Assembly (NCBI GenBank): GCA_963774785.1
Contig: CAVZGH010000001.1
Location: 1,862,811 to 1,926,810, forward strand
Length of the DNA: 64,000 bases
Direction of reading: 5' to 3'
DNA from: an uncultured Solirubrobacterales bacterium
Lineage (GTDB): Bacteria > Actinomycetota > Thermoleophilia > Solirubrobacterales > Solirubrobacteraceae
Numbering within the stretch: position 1 is the stretch's first letter; the number at the start of each line of letters is the position of its first letter. A program made the position numbers and the translations under genes. The notes below the pieces were generated by a model that was given only the letters and a program-made list of their open reading frames with translations, had not been told where the DNA came from and searched no databases. Shown piece after piece: positions 16,982 through 27,767 of the stretch.

Positions 16982-18661
16982 TCAACTCTGCGTGGCAAGC
17001 CGCTCGTGCACCGAGCGCACGGCGCTCGAGCCCTCGCCGACCGCGGCGGCCACGCGCTTCATCGAGCCGTGGCGGACGTCGCCGGCGGCGAACACGCCGG
17101 GCACCGACGTCTCGAACGGCAGTGGCGCCGATGTTCCCGCGGCCAGCGTCCCCGCGGCCAAAGACCCCACGAGCTGGCGATCGGTCAGGATGAAGCCGTC
17201 GCGGTCGAGCAGCACGCCGTCGCTGAGCCAGCCCGTCGCGGGGCTGGCGCCGATGAAGCAGAACAGCCCGGAGCAGGGGATCGTCTGCCGCTCGCCGCTG
17301 GCGCGGTGCTGGAGCGTCGCCTCCTCCAGGTGATCCCGCCCGGCCAGGCCCTTGACCTCGACGCCGGTGAGGAGGTCGATCCTCGGGTCGGACTCGATCC
17401 GCTCGATCAGGTAGTGCGACATGCTCTGCGAGAGATCCTCGCGGCGAATCGCGATCGTGACGCTGCAGTTGTGCTCGCCGAGGTGGATCGCGGCCTGCCC
17501 CGCGGAGTTGCCGCCGCCGATCACGAGCACCGACCGGCCGTCGCAGACGCGCGCCTCAAGATCGGTCGCCGCGTAGTAGACGCCGGCGCCCTCGAAGCGC
17601 TCGAGATCCTCGACGTCGAGCCGCCGGTAGCGCGCGCCGGAGGCGACGATCACCGCGCGGGTCGGGATCTCCGAGCCGTCGCGCAGCAGGACCACGTGGA
17701 AGCCCCCCGCCTCGGCGCGCAGGCCCGCGACTTCGCAGGGGGAGTTCAGCCGCGCCCCGAGACGCATCGCCTGCACCGCCGAGCGCGCTGTCAAATCGCC
17801 GCCGGAGATGCCGTTGGGAAAGCCGGTGTAGTTCTCGATCCGCGAGCTCGCGCCGGCCTGGCCGCCGATCGCTACGGCGTCCAGCGAAACGGTGCGCAGA
17901 CCCTCCGAGGCGCCGTACACGGCGGCCGCCAGGCCCGCGGGGCCGCTGCCGACGACGACGAGGTCGAAGATGTAGCCGGGCTTCGGCCGGTAGGTCAGCC
18001 CGAGGTGTTCGGCGAAGACCGCCGGCGTCGCGTGGCGCAGGATCTCGGTGGGGGTGATCACGACCGGCATGTCCGGCGGGCGCAGGTCCATCGTTCCCAG
18101 CAGGGCCTCGATGTCCTCGGCCTCCTCGACGTCGATCCACGTGTGCGCCAGACGCGAGTGCTCGGCGAACGCCCGCAGGCTCATCGCCTGCGGCGAATAG
18201 CGCGAGCCGACGATCCTGATCGCCTGGGCGGCATCGCCGGTGCGCAGCAGCTCGCGGCGGGCGAGCAGCGCGCTGAAGATCACCCCCGCGAGGGCCGGGC
18301 GCAGGCTCATCAGCCGCCGGAAGGCCGGCTGGGGAATCACGAGCACCGTGCCCGCCCGGCTGACGCGCGCGGTCAGGAAGCGGCGCTGGCCGGTCAGCAG
18401 GTTCAGCTCGCCGATGAAGTTGCCCGCTCCGAACACGAACAGCGGCTCGTGCCCGGCGCCGTCGTCGGCCGGGCCGGAGACGGCCACGATTTCGACCTCG
18501 CCCTCGAGCACGACGAACAGGTCATAGGAGGACTCGCCCGCGGCGAACAGCAGATCCCCCTCGGCCACCTGCCGCTCGGCGCCGAACTCGGCGACTTCCG
18601 CGAGCTCGGCGGCGCCCAGCACGGGCCAGGCGGTGGGATCCCGGTCACTGCGAGCGCTCAT
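16982..18661 (-). CDS. Cyclic-nucleotide-binding domain fused to a thioredoxin-reductase-like FAD oxidoreductase
   Basis: N-terminal cNMP-like fold (FIGELNLL); GSGPAG, IENYTGFP.GISG, GGGNSAG and GVFAAGD motifs. Confidence 0.9.
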   Translation of the reverse strand: MSARSDRDPTAWPVLGAAELAEVAEFGAERQVAEGDLLFAAGESSYDLFVVLEGEVEIVAVSGPADDGAGHEPLFVFGAGNFIGELNLLTGQRRFLTARVSRAGTVLVIPQPAFRRLMSLRPALAGVIFSALLARRELLRTGDAAQAIRIVGSRYSPQAMSLRAFAEHSRLAHTWIDVEEAEDIEALLGTMDLRPPDMPVVITPTEILRHATPAVFAEHLGLTYRPKPGYIFDLVVVGSGPAGLAAAVYGASEGLRTVSLDAVAIGGQAGASSRIENYTGFPNGISGGDLTARSAVQAMRLGARLNSPCEVAGLRAEAGGFHVVLLRDGSEIPTRAVIVASGARYRRLDVEDLERFEGAGVYYAATDLEARVCDGRSVLVIGGGNSAGQAAIHLGEHNCSVTIAIRREDLSQSMSHYLIERIESDPRIDLLTGVEVKGLAGRDHLEEATLQHRASGERQTIPCSGLFCFIGASPATGWLSDGVLLDRDGFILTDRQLVGSLAAGTLAAGTSAPLPFETSVPGVFAAGDVRHGSMKRVAAAVGEGSSAVRSVHERLATQS

Positions 18662-18764
18662 GAGTTGCGAGCTTAGCTTGAGATCCGTCTCCGAAGGACG
18701 TGTCCCAATAGGCCGTCTTGGAAGCAGGCGGGGCGGGGCTCATTGGCCCCTCCCGGTTCGGCTC

Positions 18765-20243
18765 TTAAACCGCGACCGTGCGCGAGCGCCCGAGCGGCGC
18801 CCCGCCGGCGCCGAGCGCCTGGGCCGCCACGTACCGACCCGGTGCGACGGCTTCCGTGCGCAGCGCGCTCTCGAACCCCCGCGAGCGCGTGCTGGCGATC
18901 GGGGAGAGGGCGTCTGCCCGCGCGCCGGCGAGCAACTGCCAGCTCTCGACGCAGGTCGCCCCGTTCCAGCTGGCGTAGACCGTCAACTGTTCACCGTCGC
19001 GAGCCGTGGCGAGCGCTGGGGCTTCGGCGGGCAGGCCCGTCCAGGGCAGGCGGAAGGCTCGGTAGGACTGGTACTTCTCGCCGAGCACCGCGTCGAACAG
19101 CATGCGCCCGGCATGGTCGAACTCGGATACGCGCGGCGCTTCTCCCCAGCCGATGAACACGTTCCCATTTGGGAGCAGTTGCACGCTGCCCTGGCTGCCG
19201 GAGAGGATCTTCGGGTGGGTGTACTGATGCACCAGGCTCGCGGTCATCGCGTGCTCGTCGAGGTCGAGGATCAGGCCGCGCGAACGCTTCTCGACGGCCG
19301 GGGTCGCGCCGTTGTCGAAGATCGTGAGCGTTCCGTCGGGACGGCGACGAGCGTGGTGCTGCCAGGCGAAGCCCGCGCCGGGGCCGATCTCGAAGTCGCT
19401 GTGCTTGCCGCCCAGACGCCACAGGATCGCGCCGCGACGGTCGAGCTTGTAGACGGTCTGCATGCTGCGCGAGGAGATCAGCAGGTTGCCGTCGCCGTCG
19501 AGATCGACCGAGTTGATGTGGAAGTAGTCCCAGTTCGCTTCCACGGGCGCGTAGGAATCTCCCAGCGGCACGTGATCGAGGCTGTGCCACTCGAGCAGCA
19601 GCCTGCCGGTGGCGAGGTCGATCTCCTGGAAGATCGCGTCCTGGATCGTGCCGTCGCGCGGTCCGTCGACGGCACGGAGGTCGGCTTTTCTGATCACATA
19701 GCTCGTCAACAGCGCCGTGTCGCGCGGGGTGATCACGAACTCGTGCAGATCTCCACGCAGCCCGGCGGCCGCCTGCACCCGGCGAATCGTGCGGTAGCTC
19801 GAGTCCGCGATCACGTATTCGCCGACGCCGTGGCCGTATTCGATCAATCCCTCCCACCACGTCAGCACGGGGCTGCCGCGGTAGCTCTGCACCTGGAAGT
19901 TCGTCGTGACCTTCCCCGCGAGCGGGTTCTCCCAGATCGGCTCGCCGGTGTTCTCGACGATCACAGCCCCGACCTGGCCGACCGGCGCGTTGTAGGGGGC
20001 GATGAAGATCGGGTCGTCAGAGATGCCCTGCTCGCGCCGGGTGACCGTCAGGGCGGGAATTTGCAGATCCGCCCGGCTGTGCCATTTCGGCGGTCCAGGC
20101 GGCCCGGAGGCCGGTGACGCGAGGGCCGCCGCGACGATCTCGCTGAGCCCACCGGCGAGGGTGAGCCCCGCCACGCCGATCCCGGCGCGACGCAGCAGCT
20201 GGCCGCGGGTCAGGTCTGGGTTGCCAAACGCCATCGCTAGCAC
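18765..20243 (-). CDS. Arylsulfotransferase-family secreted protein
   Basis: DLHEF, DYFHINSV, WQHHAR, FDNG and SQGSVQLLPNGN motifs; N-terminal export signal. Confidence 0.85.
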   Translation of the reverse strand: MLAMAFGNPDLTRGQLLRRAGIGVAGLTLAGGLSEIVAAALASPASGPPGPPKWHSRADLQIPALTVTRREQGISDDPIFIAPYNAPVGQVGAVIVENTGEPIWENPLAGKVTTNFQVQSYRGSPVLTWWEGLIEYGHGVGEYVIADSSYRTIRRVQAAAGLRGDLHEFVITPRDTALLTSYVIRKADLRAVDGPRDGTIQDAIFQEIDLATGRLLLEWHSLDHVPLGDSYAPVEANWDYFHINSVDLDGDGNLLISSRSMQTVYKLDRRGAILWRLGGKHSDFEIGPGAGFAWQHHARRRPDGTLTIFDNGATPAVEKRSRGLILDLDEHAMTASLVHQYTHPKILSGSQGSVQLLPNGNVFIGWGEAPRVSEFDHAGRMLFDAVLGEKYQSYRAFRLPWTGLPAEAPALATARDGEQLTVYASWNGATCVESWQLLAGARADALSPIASTRSRGFESALRTEAVAPGRYVAAQALGAGGAPLGRSRTVAV

Positions 20244-20387
20244 TCAGGTAAGCGCATCTCTCGAAAGACTCCCTAAGCGGGCTGAAGAAACGCGCAAGAA
20301 CTTGGCGCGCCGAGGGGCGACGACGACCAGGAGCAGGAGCAGGGCGGGAGGCGGCGATCCGATCCAGCGCCTACGATCTCTCGGGCG

Positions 20388-21281
20388 ATGAGCGAGCCGA
20401 CGTCCATGGAGGACGCGATCACGCACGGGGAGGCCGTCCTCGACAGCGGTATTCGCCTGCACTACGTCGAGGCGGGCGAGGGCCCGCTCGTCGTCCTGCT
20501 CCACGGGTTCCCGGAGTTCTGGTATTCCTGGCGCCGCCAGCTGCAGCCGCTCGCGGACGCCGGCTTCCACGTGGTGGCGCCGGACATGCGCGGCTACAAC
20601 CTCTCGGACAAGCCGCCGGGCTGGCGCGCCTATGACATGAAGTTCCTTGCCGGCGACATCGCCGGTCTGATCGAGCACTTCGGTGTCGAGCGCGCCGACG
20701 TCGTCGGCCACGACTGGGGCGCCGCGGTCGCCTATGGGGTTGCGGCGCTGCACCCCGAGTCGGTCCGGCGACTGGCGATCCTCAACGTGCCGCACCCGGC
20801 GCGGATGCTTGCGGGACTGAAGACCGCCAAACAGCTGCGCAAGAGCTGGTACATGTTCTTCTTCCAGCTGCCCTCGATTCCAGAGCGGCTGTTGCGGCGC
20901 GATCGCTTCTCGATGCTCAAGCGCGCGATGCGCGCCGACCGCTCGAAGCTCGGCAAGCCGCGGGTGTTCAGCGACGAGGTGCTCGAGCGCTACGCGCAGG
21001 CGTGGTCTCAACCCGGGGCCCTGACCGCGATGCTCGGCTACTACCGCGCCGCGTTACGCCAATCGCCGCGCCGCGCCGGTGCGCGGATGCGCCCGATCGA
21101 GGCGCCCACGCTCGTGATCTGGGGCGATCACGACACCGCGCTCGGATCGGAGCTGGCCGAGCCGGAAGCGCGCTGGGTGAAGGACGTGCGCGTCGTGCAT
21201 CTGCCCGAGGCGACGCACTGGGTCCAGCACGACGAGCCGGAGCGCGTCAACGAGCTGCTAACGGAGTTTCTCTCCGACTGA
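20388..21281 (+). CDS. Alpha/beta hydrolase (epoxide hydrolase family)
   Basis: HGFPE, GHDWG and HWVQHD motifs. Confidence 0.92.
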   Translation: MSEPTSMEDAITHGEAVLDSGIRLHYVEAGEGPLVVLLHGFPEFWYSWRRQLQPLADAGFHVVAPDMRGYNLSDKPPGWRAYDMKFLAGDIAGLIEHFGVERADVVGHDWGAAVAYGVAALHPESVRRLAILNVPHPARMLAGLKTAKQLRKSWYMFFFQLPSIPERLLRRDRFSMLKRAMRADRSKLGKPRVFSDEVLERYAQAWSQPGALTAMLGYYRAALRQSPRRAGARMRPIEAPTLVIWGDHDTALGSELAEPEARWVKDVRVVHLPEATHWVQHDEPERVNELLTEFLSD

Positions 21282-22773
21282 CCGTATCGCCGAGCCTCGC
21301 GGCCGGCGGTTCGTCTTCGCACAGCCGCGCGGCGGTCGCGGTTGCCGTGTTCAGCGCCCAGCGCGTCGTCGTGAGCAAGCCGAGCGCCACGATCAGCGCC
21401 CCGCAGCCGGCGACGAGCCACCAGCCCGGGTGGGTGCCGCTCGCCAGCGCCGCCGAGTCGCTCGTGGCGAGGACCGCGATCGCGCCGGCGAGCGCGACCC
21501 CGAGCGACAGGCCGACCTGGCGGCTGGTGGAGGCGACGGCCGAGGCGACGCCGGCCTGCGCCGGCGGCATCCCGGAGACGGCGGTGTTTGTGATCGGCGG
21601 GTTGACCGAGCCGAAGCCGATCCCGAAGACTCCGTAGCTGCAGAACAGCCACAGCGGCGAGGTGGTCTCGGTCAGGCCCGTCAGCATCAGACCGCTGAGC
21701 AGGATCGCGCCGCCGCCGAGCACGAGCGACGGGCGTGCTCCGCGCGCGCCGACCAGGCGCCCGGTCAGCGGTCCGACGACGACCGTGATCGCCGCCATCG
21801 GCAACGTGTAGAGGCCCGCGTGAAAGGGCGATAGCCCGCGCGCGTCCTGCAGGTAGATCGTGTTCAGAAAGAGGAAGGCGCCGAGCGCGATGAAGGCGGC
21901 AATCGCGATCAGGGTCGCGCCCGAGAAGGGCACGCTCGCGAAGAAGCGCACGTCGATCAGGGGGTCAACGCGACGGCGCTCGTAGTGGACGAGCGCGCCG
22001 ACCGCGACAGCGGTGAGCGCGAACAGGCCGAGGATCTCGCCCGAGAGCCAGCCGTGGGAGGGCCCCTCGATGATCGCGTAGACCGTGCTCGCGAGCAGCA
22101 CGATCACGAGCAGCTGCCCGACGGGATCCACACGCCGGGGACGCGGCGCCTTTGACTCGGGGACGAAGCGCCAGGTAAGCGCCGCCGCGAGCAGCCCGAT
22201 CGGCACGTTGACCCAGAAGACCGAGCGCCAGCTGCCCGCGTTGACGAGCGCGCCGCCGAGCACCGGGCCCATCGCCATGCTGAGGCCGATCACGCCCGCC
22301 CACAGGCCGATCGCCTGCGCGCGCTCGCGCGCGTCGGTGAAGGTGTTGCGGATGATCGACATCGCGACCGGGTTGAGCATCGAGCCGCCGACGGCCTGCA
22401 CCATGCGAAAGACGATCAGCAGTTGCACGCTCGGCGCGAGGCTGCAGAGCAGCGAGCCGAGCGTGAACAGGACCAGCCCGACCTTGAAGATGCGCGCGCG
22501 GCCGAGGCGATCGGCCATCGAGCCCGACAGCATCAGCAGGCTCGCGAGCACCAGCGTGTAGGAGTCGATCGTCCACTGCAGCTGCGGCACCGAGGCGTGC
22601 AGTTCACGTCTGATCGAGGGCAGCGCGACGTTCACGATCGTGTTGTCGAGCCCGACGATGAACAGGCTCATACAGCAGATCGCGAGGATCAGGTAGCGGT
22701 GGCGGTCGGGGTAGCGGCGGCGGTCGGCCGGCCGGGCTCCCGGAGGTGCTGCCGCGCTTACGGTTCTGGCCAC
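21247..22773 (-). CDS. DHA2/EmrB-type MFS transporter
   Basis: LDNTIVNVALP, DRLGR, GPVLGG and WRSVFWVNVPIG; many TM helices; GTG start at 22773 inferred. Confidence 0.9.
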   Translation of the reverse strand: MARTVSAAAPPGARPADRRRYPDRHRYLILAICCMSLFIVGLDNTIVNVALPSIRRELHASVPQLQWTIDSYTLVLASLLMLSGSMADRLGRARIFKVGLVLFTLGSLLCSLAPSVQLLIVFRMVQAVGGSMLNPVAMSIIRNTFTDARERAQAIGLWAGVIGLSMAMGPVLGGALVNAGSWRSVFWVNVPIGLLAAALTWRFVPESKAPRPRRVDPVGQLLVIVLLASTVYAIIEGPSHGWLSGEILGLFALTAVAVGALVHYERRRVDPLIDVRFFASVPFSGATLIAIAAFIALGAFLFLNTIYLQDARGLSPFHAGLYTLPMAAITVVVGPLTGRLVGARGARPSLVLGGGAILLSGLMLTGLTETTSPLWLFCSYGVFGIGFGSVNPPITNTAVSGMPPAQAGVASAVASTSRQVGLSLGVALAGAIAVLATSDSAALASGTHPGWWLVAGCGALIVALGLLTTTRWALNTATATAARLCEDEPPAARLGDTVSRRETPLAAR

Positions 22774-22902
22774 CAACCGACTGTAGTGAGGGCGAGCGCA
22801 GTGGCGACTCGGGGGCGCGCGCGTTGGCGGCGCTCTGGGCTGCTCCCGTTCGAGCCTCCCAAGTCCTCCCGAGCCCTCCGATGCTGCCAATACGCTCAGA
22901 AC

Positions 22903-24489
22903 ATGCAGCCACAGGAGCGCCTCGCCGTGATCGACCTTGGCTCCAACTCGTTCCGGCTAGTCGTGTTCATGGCGGCCGAGGGCTGGTGGAAGCGTACGGA
23001 TGAGATCTACGAGCCGGTGCGGATCGGCGAGGGCCTGGCGGCGAGCGGCCGGCTGGGGCAGCGACCGATGCGGCGGGCGCTCGCGACGCTCGACGTATTC
23101 GCCCACTTCTGCCGCGCCGCGGGGCTTGAGAACGGCTCCGTCGACGCGGTCGCGACGAGCGCGATCCGGGATGCCGAGAATGCCGCGGCATTTCTCGCCC
23201 GCGCGCGGGAATTGATCGGCGGGCTGCCGATCCGCGTGCTCAGCCGCGAGCAGGAGGCGCGCTACGGATACCTCGCGGCCGTCAACTCGACGACGCTTAC
23301 CGATGGTTGCGTGCTCGACCTCGGCGGGGGCTCGCTGCAGCTCGTCGGGGTCGCCAACAGGCTTGCACGTGAGTCCGGGTCCTGGCGCGTGGGCGCGGTA
23401 CGGATGAGCGAGCGTTTCCTGCCCCCAAACGGTCCAGCCAAGCGCAAGCAGTTGGAGGAGCTGCGCGAGCACGTGGCCGGCGAGCTCGCACAGGCCTCCT
23501 GGTTGCGGCAGACCGGCCGGCGCCTGGTCGGTCTCGGGGGCACGGTGCGCAGCCTCGCCACCGCCGCCCAGCGCGCCGCGGGGCTGCCGTCGAACGGCGT
23601 GCAGGGAATGGTGATCGAGCGCGGGGCGCTCGACGAGCTGGTCGAACGCCTGGCGGCGCTGCCCGCCGCCGAGCGCAGCACGATCCCCGGCATCAAGCCG
23701 GCGCGCGCCGATCTGATTCTCGCCGGGGCGGTCGTCGTGCAGGGGGTGCTCGAGGCCGGCGGCTTCGACGGGCTGGAGGCGACCGAGGCGGGGCTGCGCG
23801 AGGGGGTGTTCTTCGAGCGCCTGCTCAGCCGCCAGGAGCAGCCGCTGTTCGAGGATCTGCGGCGCACGAGCGTGATGAACCTTGCAACCCGCTACAACGT
23901 CGACGCCGCGCACACCAGTCATGTCGCGACGCTCGCGCTCGGCATGTTCGACGAGCTCGCGCGCCTCGGTCTGCACGGCGGCGACATTCGTGAGCGTGAG
24001 CTCTTGTGGGCGGCCTGCATGCTGCACGACATCGGCATGTCGGTCGACTACGACGACCACCACAAGCACTCGCGCTACCTGATCCTCAACGGCGGCCTGC
24101 CGGGCTTCACGCCGGTCGAGGTCGCGACGATCGCCCAGGCCGCCCGCTATCACCGCAAGGGCATGCCCGACCCGGGACCGCTCGCTGCCTTGTTCGCCGA
24201 GCAGGACATGGCGCGCCTGAACCGCTGCGCCGTCCTGTTGCGGCTGGCCGAGGACCTCGAGCGCTCGCGCGATCAGCTCGTGCGTGGCGTCGAGATCTCA
24301 CTGCTCGACGGCGGGTCCAACGGCAATGGCAATGGCGACGATGCGGGCAACGGCAAGGGCACGGGTGTTGGTGCGGTCGAGTTGCGCGTGATCGCCGACG
24401 GCGAGGCGGCGGTGCCCCGTTGGGCGGCCAGCCGCGAGACCGAGCTGTTCACGCGCGCTTTCCACCACGATCTATTGGTCGCCGCGTAG
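22903..24489 (+). CDS. ppx: Ppx/GppA exopolyphosphatase with C-terminal HD domain
   Basis: AVIDLGSNSFRL, ATSAIR, DLGGGS, GLREG and LHDIG motifs. Confidence 0.92.
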   Translation: MQPQERLAVIDLGSNSFRLVVFMAAEGWWKRTDEIYEPVRIGEGLAASGRLGQRPMRRALATLDVFAHFCRAAGLENGSVDAVATSAIRDAENAAAFLARARELIGGLPIRVLSREQEARYGYLAAVNSTTLTDGCVLDLGGGSLQLVGVANRLARESGSWRVGAVRMSERFLPPNGPAKRKQLEELREHVAGELAQASWLRQTGRRLVGLGGTVRSLATAAQRAAGLPSNGVQGMVIERGALDELVERLAALPAAERSTIPGIKPARADLILAGAVVVQGVLEAGGFDGLEATEAGLREGVFFERLLSRQEQPLFEDLRRTSVMNLATRYNVDAAHTSHVATLALGMFDELARLGLHGGDIRERELLWAACMLHDIGMSVDYDDHHKHSRYLILNGGLPGFTPVEVATIAQAARYHRKGMPDPGPLAALFAEQDMARLNRCAVLLRLAEDLERSRDQLVRGVEISLLDGGSNGNGNGDDAGNGKGTGVGAVELRVIADGEAAVPRWAASRETELFTRAFHHDLLVAA

Positions 24490-24533
24490 CCAGACCGGAG
24501 ATTCTCAGGCGGCGACCATCGCCTGGGCTGCCT

Positions 24534-26666
24534 TTACCCCGCTGCTCTGAGCTCCCGTTCGTGCCCGGCGCAGTCGAACAGGGCGAGGCCGTACGGGTAG
24601 GGGACCGGGCTGTTCCAGGCTGACGGCGCGAGCTCCGTGCAGGCGCGCAGGACCGCGCGCGTCGCGCGGTTGCCGCCGCGCAGCGAATACTCGCCGCCGA
24701 GCAGCACGTAGCGGGCTTCGCGGTTGGCGACCAGACGCGCGAGGCCGGGACCGTCGAGCGCGGGGTCGGTGCCGCTGTAGCCGCCGAGCGCGCCCGCATC
24801 GAGGCCCCACAGCATCATCGGCGAGGCGGTGTCGGAGGCCACGGTCAACAGTGCCCAGCGCGTGCCGGGGTCGTGCGTGCTGACGTAGTCGGCCAGCGCG
24901 CGGTCGATGCCCTCGTCGCGCGCGTCGACGCCGTAGGCGCCGGCGCCGGGATCGTGGTGGGGGCCGGCGGCCGGGAACGTGCCCTCGGCCGGCGCGAGCC
25001 AGGTCGTGGCGGAGTAGGCGGTCGGCGCGACGAGCAGCAGTAGGAAGGTGAAGGCCAGCGCGGGAACCGCGAGGCGGCGCAGGGCGAAGAACGCGCAGGC
25101 GCCGATCGCGGCGCCGATCGCGAGCACGGGGATGAACCACTCCATGTAGTGCTCGCGGTGCAGCAGCACGATCTGCACGACGACGGTGGCGGCGACCGCA
25201 CAGCTCATCAGCGCAAGGCTCGCGATCCGGCGCGCTTCGAGCCCGCGACCACCACGCGCGAGTGCGACGAGCGCGAGCACGCCGGCGCCCGCCATCGCGC
25301 CGGTGCCGGGGGCGAGCCCGGAGACGTAGTAGGGGTGCACGATCCCCTTCGAGAAGCTCAGCACGGCCGCCTCGACGGCGAACCAACCTCCGAGCACGAA
25401 CAGCGCCGCCAGCCGCCGATCGCATCGTTCGATCGGCTCAGATCCCGCATCGACGGCGGTGGTGGGCGCCGCGGCGGCAGGCTCGAGATCGGTGGCCGAC
25501 CTGAGATCGAGGGGGCTGGCGGGAGCTGAGGCCCGCCGGTGGAGGCGTCGAGGGCGCAGGCCATCGAACAGCAGGAGGAGGGCCAGCGCGAGCAGGCCGA
25601 AGAACGCGAACGGGAGCATCCAGCCGGCCTGGTCGCCGAGGCCGGTGTGGAACAGACGCAAGGGGCCCGGGGGGCCGCCGAAGGGAATCGGCTCCCTTTC
25701 CCGGCCCTTGGTCACGATCGGTGCGAGCGTCGGGGTCGGTAAATGTGCGCCGCTCGCCGTCGTGCCGAGGTCTTCCGTGCCGGCATCGGCGCCGGTACGG
25801 GCGTGGGCGGCCCTTTCGGCGACCGCGCGTTCACGCGCGGGCGGGACGTAGGCGCCGGGGAGGACGGTCACCTGGCCGGGGCCGCCGGCCTGGCCTTCGA
25901 CGCGCCCGAAGCCGTTGTATTCGAACGTCAGCCCGAGCTCGGTGTTGTTCGTCGAGCTGCCCACGTAGGGGCGCTGGGATGCGGGGGTCAGTTCGACGAC
26001 GGCGATCCACGCGAAGGAGACGGCGAGCATCGCCAGGCCGGCGACCGCGAGCTGGCCGATCCGCCGCGGGATGCGGCCGGGGGCGCAGACGAGATAGGCG
26101 AGCGCGATCCCGGGGACGACGAGGTAGGCGGCGAGCGTCTTCGTGTTGAAGGCGAGCCCGACGAGCACGCCACACCACACGAGCGTGCGCCAGCGCCCGG
26201 TTTCGCACGCGCGTAGCGCCGCCCCGCAGGCGAGGATCAGCAGCAGGATCAGCACCGGGTCAACGCCGTTCTCGCGCGAGACGGCGACGAACGACGGAAA
26301 CACCGCCAGCGTGAGCGCGCCGGCGATCGCGGGCCAGGGGCCGAGGCGGCGGCTCATCACCCAGTACAGCGCCGCCACCGAGAGCACGCCGATGATCGCC
26401 TCGGGCAGCAGCAGGCTGAGCGGGGAGAAGCCGAACAGCTTCGCGCTCGCGGCCTGCACCCACAGCGCCAGCGGTGGCTTGTTGACCGTGACCAGCCCAC
26501 CCGGGTCGAAGGAGACGAACAGGAAGTTGTGCCAGGAGCGCAGCATCGAGCGCACGCCCGCCGAGTAGAAGATGTTGGCGTAGCCGTTCTGGGAGAGCTT
26601 GTTCAGGTTCAGCACGGCCGACAGCGCGAGCACCCCCGCGAGCGCGAGGCGGCGCAGAACGATCAT
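24534..26666 (-). CDS. Glycosyltransferase family 39 (ArnT/PMT-like) membrane protein
   Basis: N.FYSAGVRSM..SWHNF...FDP, KPPLALW, AFNTK, RPYVGSS.NN and HPYY; ATGA coupling to the upstream gene. Confidence 0.88.
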   Translation of the reverse strand: MIVLRRLALAGVLALSAVLNLNKLSQNGYANIFYSAGVRSMLRSWHNFLFVSFDPGGLVTVNKPPLALWVQAASAKLFGFSPLSLLLPEAIIGVLSVAALYWVMSRRLGPWPAIAGALTLAVFPSFVAVSRENGVDPVLILLLILACGAALRACETGRWRTLVWCGVLVGLAFNTKTLAAYLVVPGIALAYLVCAPGRIPRRIGQLAVAGLAMLAVSFAWIAVVELTPASQRPYVGSSTNNTELGLTFEYNGFGRVEGQAGGPGQVTVLPGAYVPPARERAVAERAAHARTGADAGTEDLGTTASGAHLPTPTLAPIVTKGREREPIPFGGPPGPLRLFHTGLGDQAGWMLPFAFFGLLALALLLLFDGLRPRRLHRRASAPASPLDLRSATDLEPAAAAPTTAVDAGSEPIERCDRRLAALFVLGGWFAVEAAVLSFSKGIVHPYYVSGLAPGTGAMAGAGVLALVALARGGRGLEARRIASLALMSCAVAATVVVQIVLLHREHYMEWFIPVLAIGAAIGACAFFALRRLAVPALAFTFLLLLVAPTAYSATTWLAPAEGTFPAAGPHHDPGAGAYGVDARDEGIDRALADYVSTHDPGTRWALLTVASDTASPMMLWGLDAGALGGYSGTDPALDGPGLARLVANREARYVLLGGEYSLRGGNRATRAVLRACTELAPSAWNSPVPYPYGLALFDCAGHERELRAAG

Positions 26667-27748
26667 CCGTGCAGGGCGCTGATCAACCGCTCCAGGTCTT
26701 CCTCGTCGTTCCACGCGCCGACGGAGGCGCGCAGCCACGGCCGGCCCGGGATGTTGCGCAGCACCACGCCGCCCGCGGCGAGCCGCGCCCGCTCGGCTTC
26801 CGGGTCGGCGCGCTCGAGCTCGAAGGAGACGAGCGTGCTCGCGCCGCGCGGGGCCACCGCAATGCCGCGCTCTCCCAGCAGCTCCGCCAACCGCGCGGCG
26901 AGCGTTCGCGCGCGCTCGTGCACCGCCGCCCAGCCCGTCGAGGCCAGCAGCGCCGTCGACGAGAGCGCGCAGGCGAGGGTCTCGGCGCTCAGCAGCTGCG
27001 AGTCCAGGCTGCGGGCGTCGTCGTGCAGCCGCGCGCGCAGGCCCTCGTTCGGGTTCGCAAGGTTCGCGTAGCCGCGGCGTGTTACCTGCAACCGCTCGCG
27101 CAGCGCCGCGCTCACGTACAGCATCCCCGTCCCATCCGGGCCGCACAGCCACTTCTGCCCCGCGCCCGCATATGCGTCGCAGCCGAGCGCGGCGACATCG
27201 ACGGGGACGGCGCCGACTCCCTGGGCGCCGTCGAGCAGCACGGGGACATCAACCTCGGCGAGCTCCCTGGGCGCGAGGCTCCCACTCATCCAACCGACGT
27301 GCGAGCAGGCGACCAATCGTGTTCGCGGGCCGACCGCGTCGGCGACCCGCTCAAACGCCACCGCCTTGATCGAGACGCCCTTCAGCTCCCGCGCGGCGCT
27401 CAGCGCGCCCAGCAGCCCCGGATGCTCCTCGTCGCTCGTCACGATCTCATCCTCCGGGCCCAGCTCCAGGCCGCCGATCACCTGCGCGAGCCCCTCGCTC
27501 GTCGAGGTCGTCAGCGCGAGGTCGACCGTCTCGCAGCCGAGCGCCGCGGCGTACAGCGCGCGCAGCTCGTCGCCGAGCTCGGCCCGCCGTTCGAAGTGCG
27601 CGGTCGTGCGTCCCTCGGTGGCCTCGCGCTCGAGCTCCGCGGCGGCGGCCCGCACCGCGCGCGCGGGCAGCGGCCCGTCGGTGCCGGCGTTCAGATAGGC
27701 AAGCCGCTCGAGGACGGGAAACTCGGCACGTAACCCAGGGATCTCCAC
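26663..27748 (-). CDS. Aminotransferase class V (cysteine/cystine lyase-like, PLP)
   Basis: YLNAGTDGP, EEHP, LDGAQGVG and QKWLCGPDG; start inferred. Confidence 0.88.
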   Translation of the reverse strand: MEIPGLRAEFPVLERLAYLNAGTDGPLPARAVRAAAAELEREATEGRTTAHFERRAELGDELRALYAAALGCETVDLALTTSTSEGLAQVIGGLELGPEDEIVTSDEEHPGLLGALSAARELKGVSIKAVAFERVADAVGPRTRLVACSHVGWMSGSLAPRELAEVDVPVLLDGAQGVGAVPVDVAALGCDAYAGAGQKWLCGPDGTGMLYVSAALRERLQVTRRGYANLANPNEGLRARLHDDARSLDSQLLSAETLACALSSTALLASTGWAAVHERARTLAARLAELLGERGIAVAPRGASTLVSFELERADPEAERARLAAGGVVLRNIPGRPWLRASVGAWNDEEDLERLISALHG

Positions 27749-27767
27749 AAACCGCGAGAATACCCGC

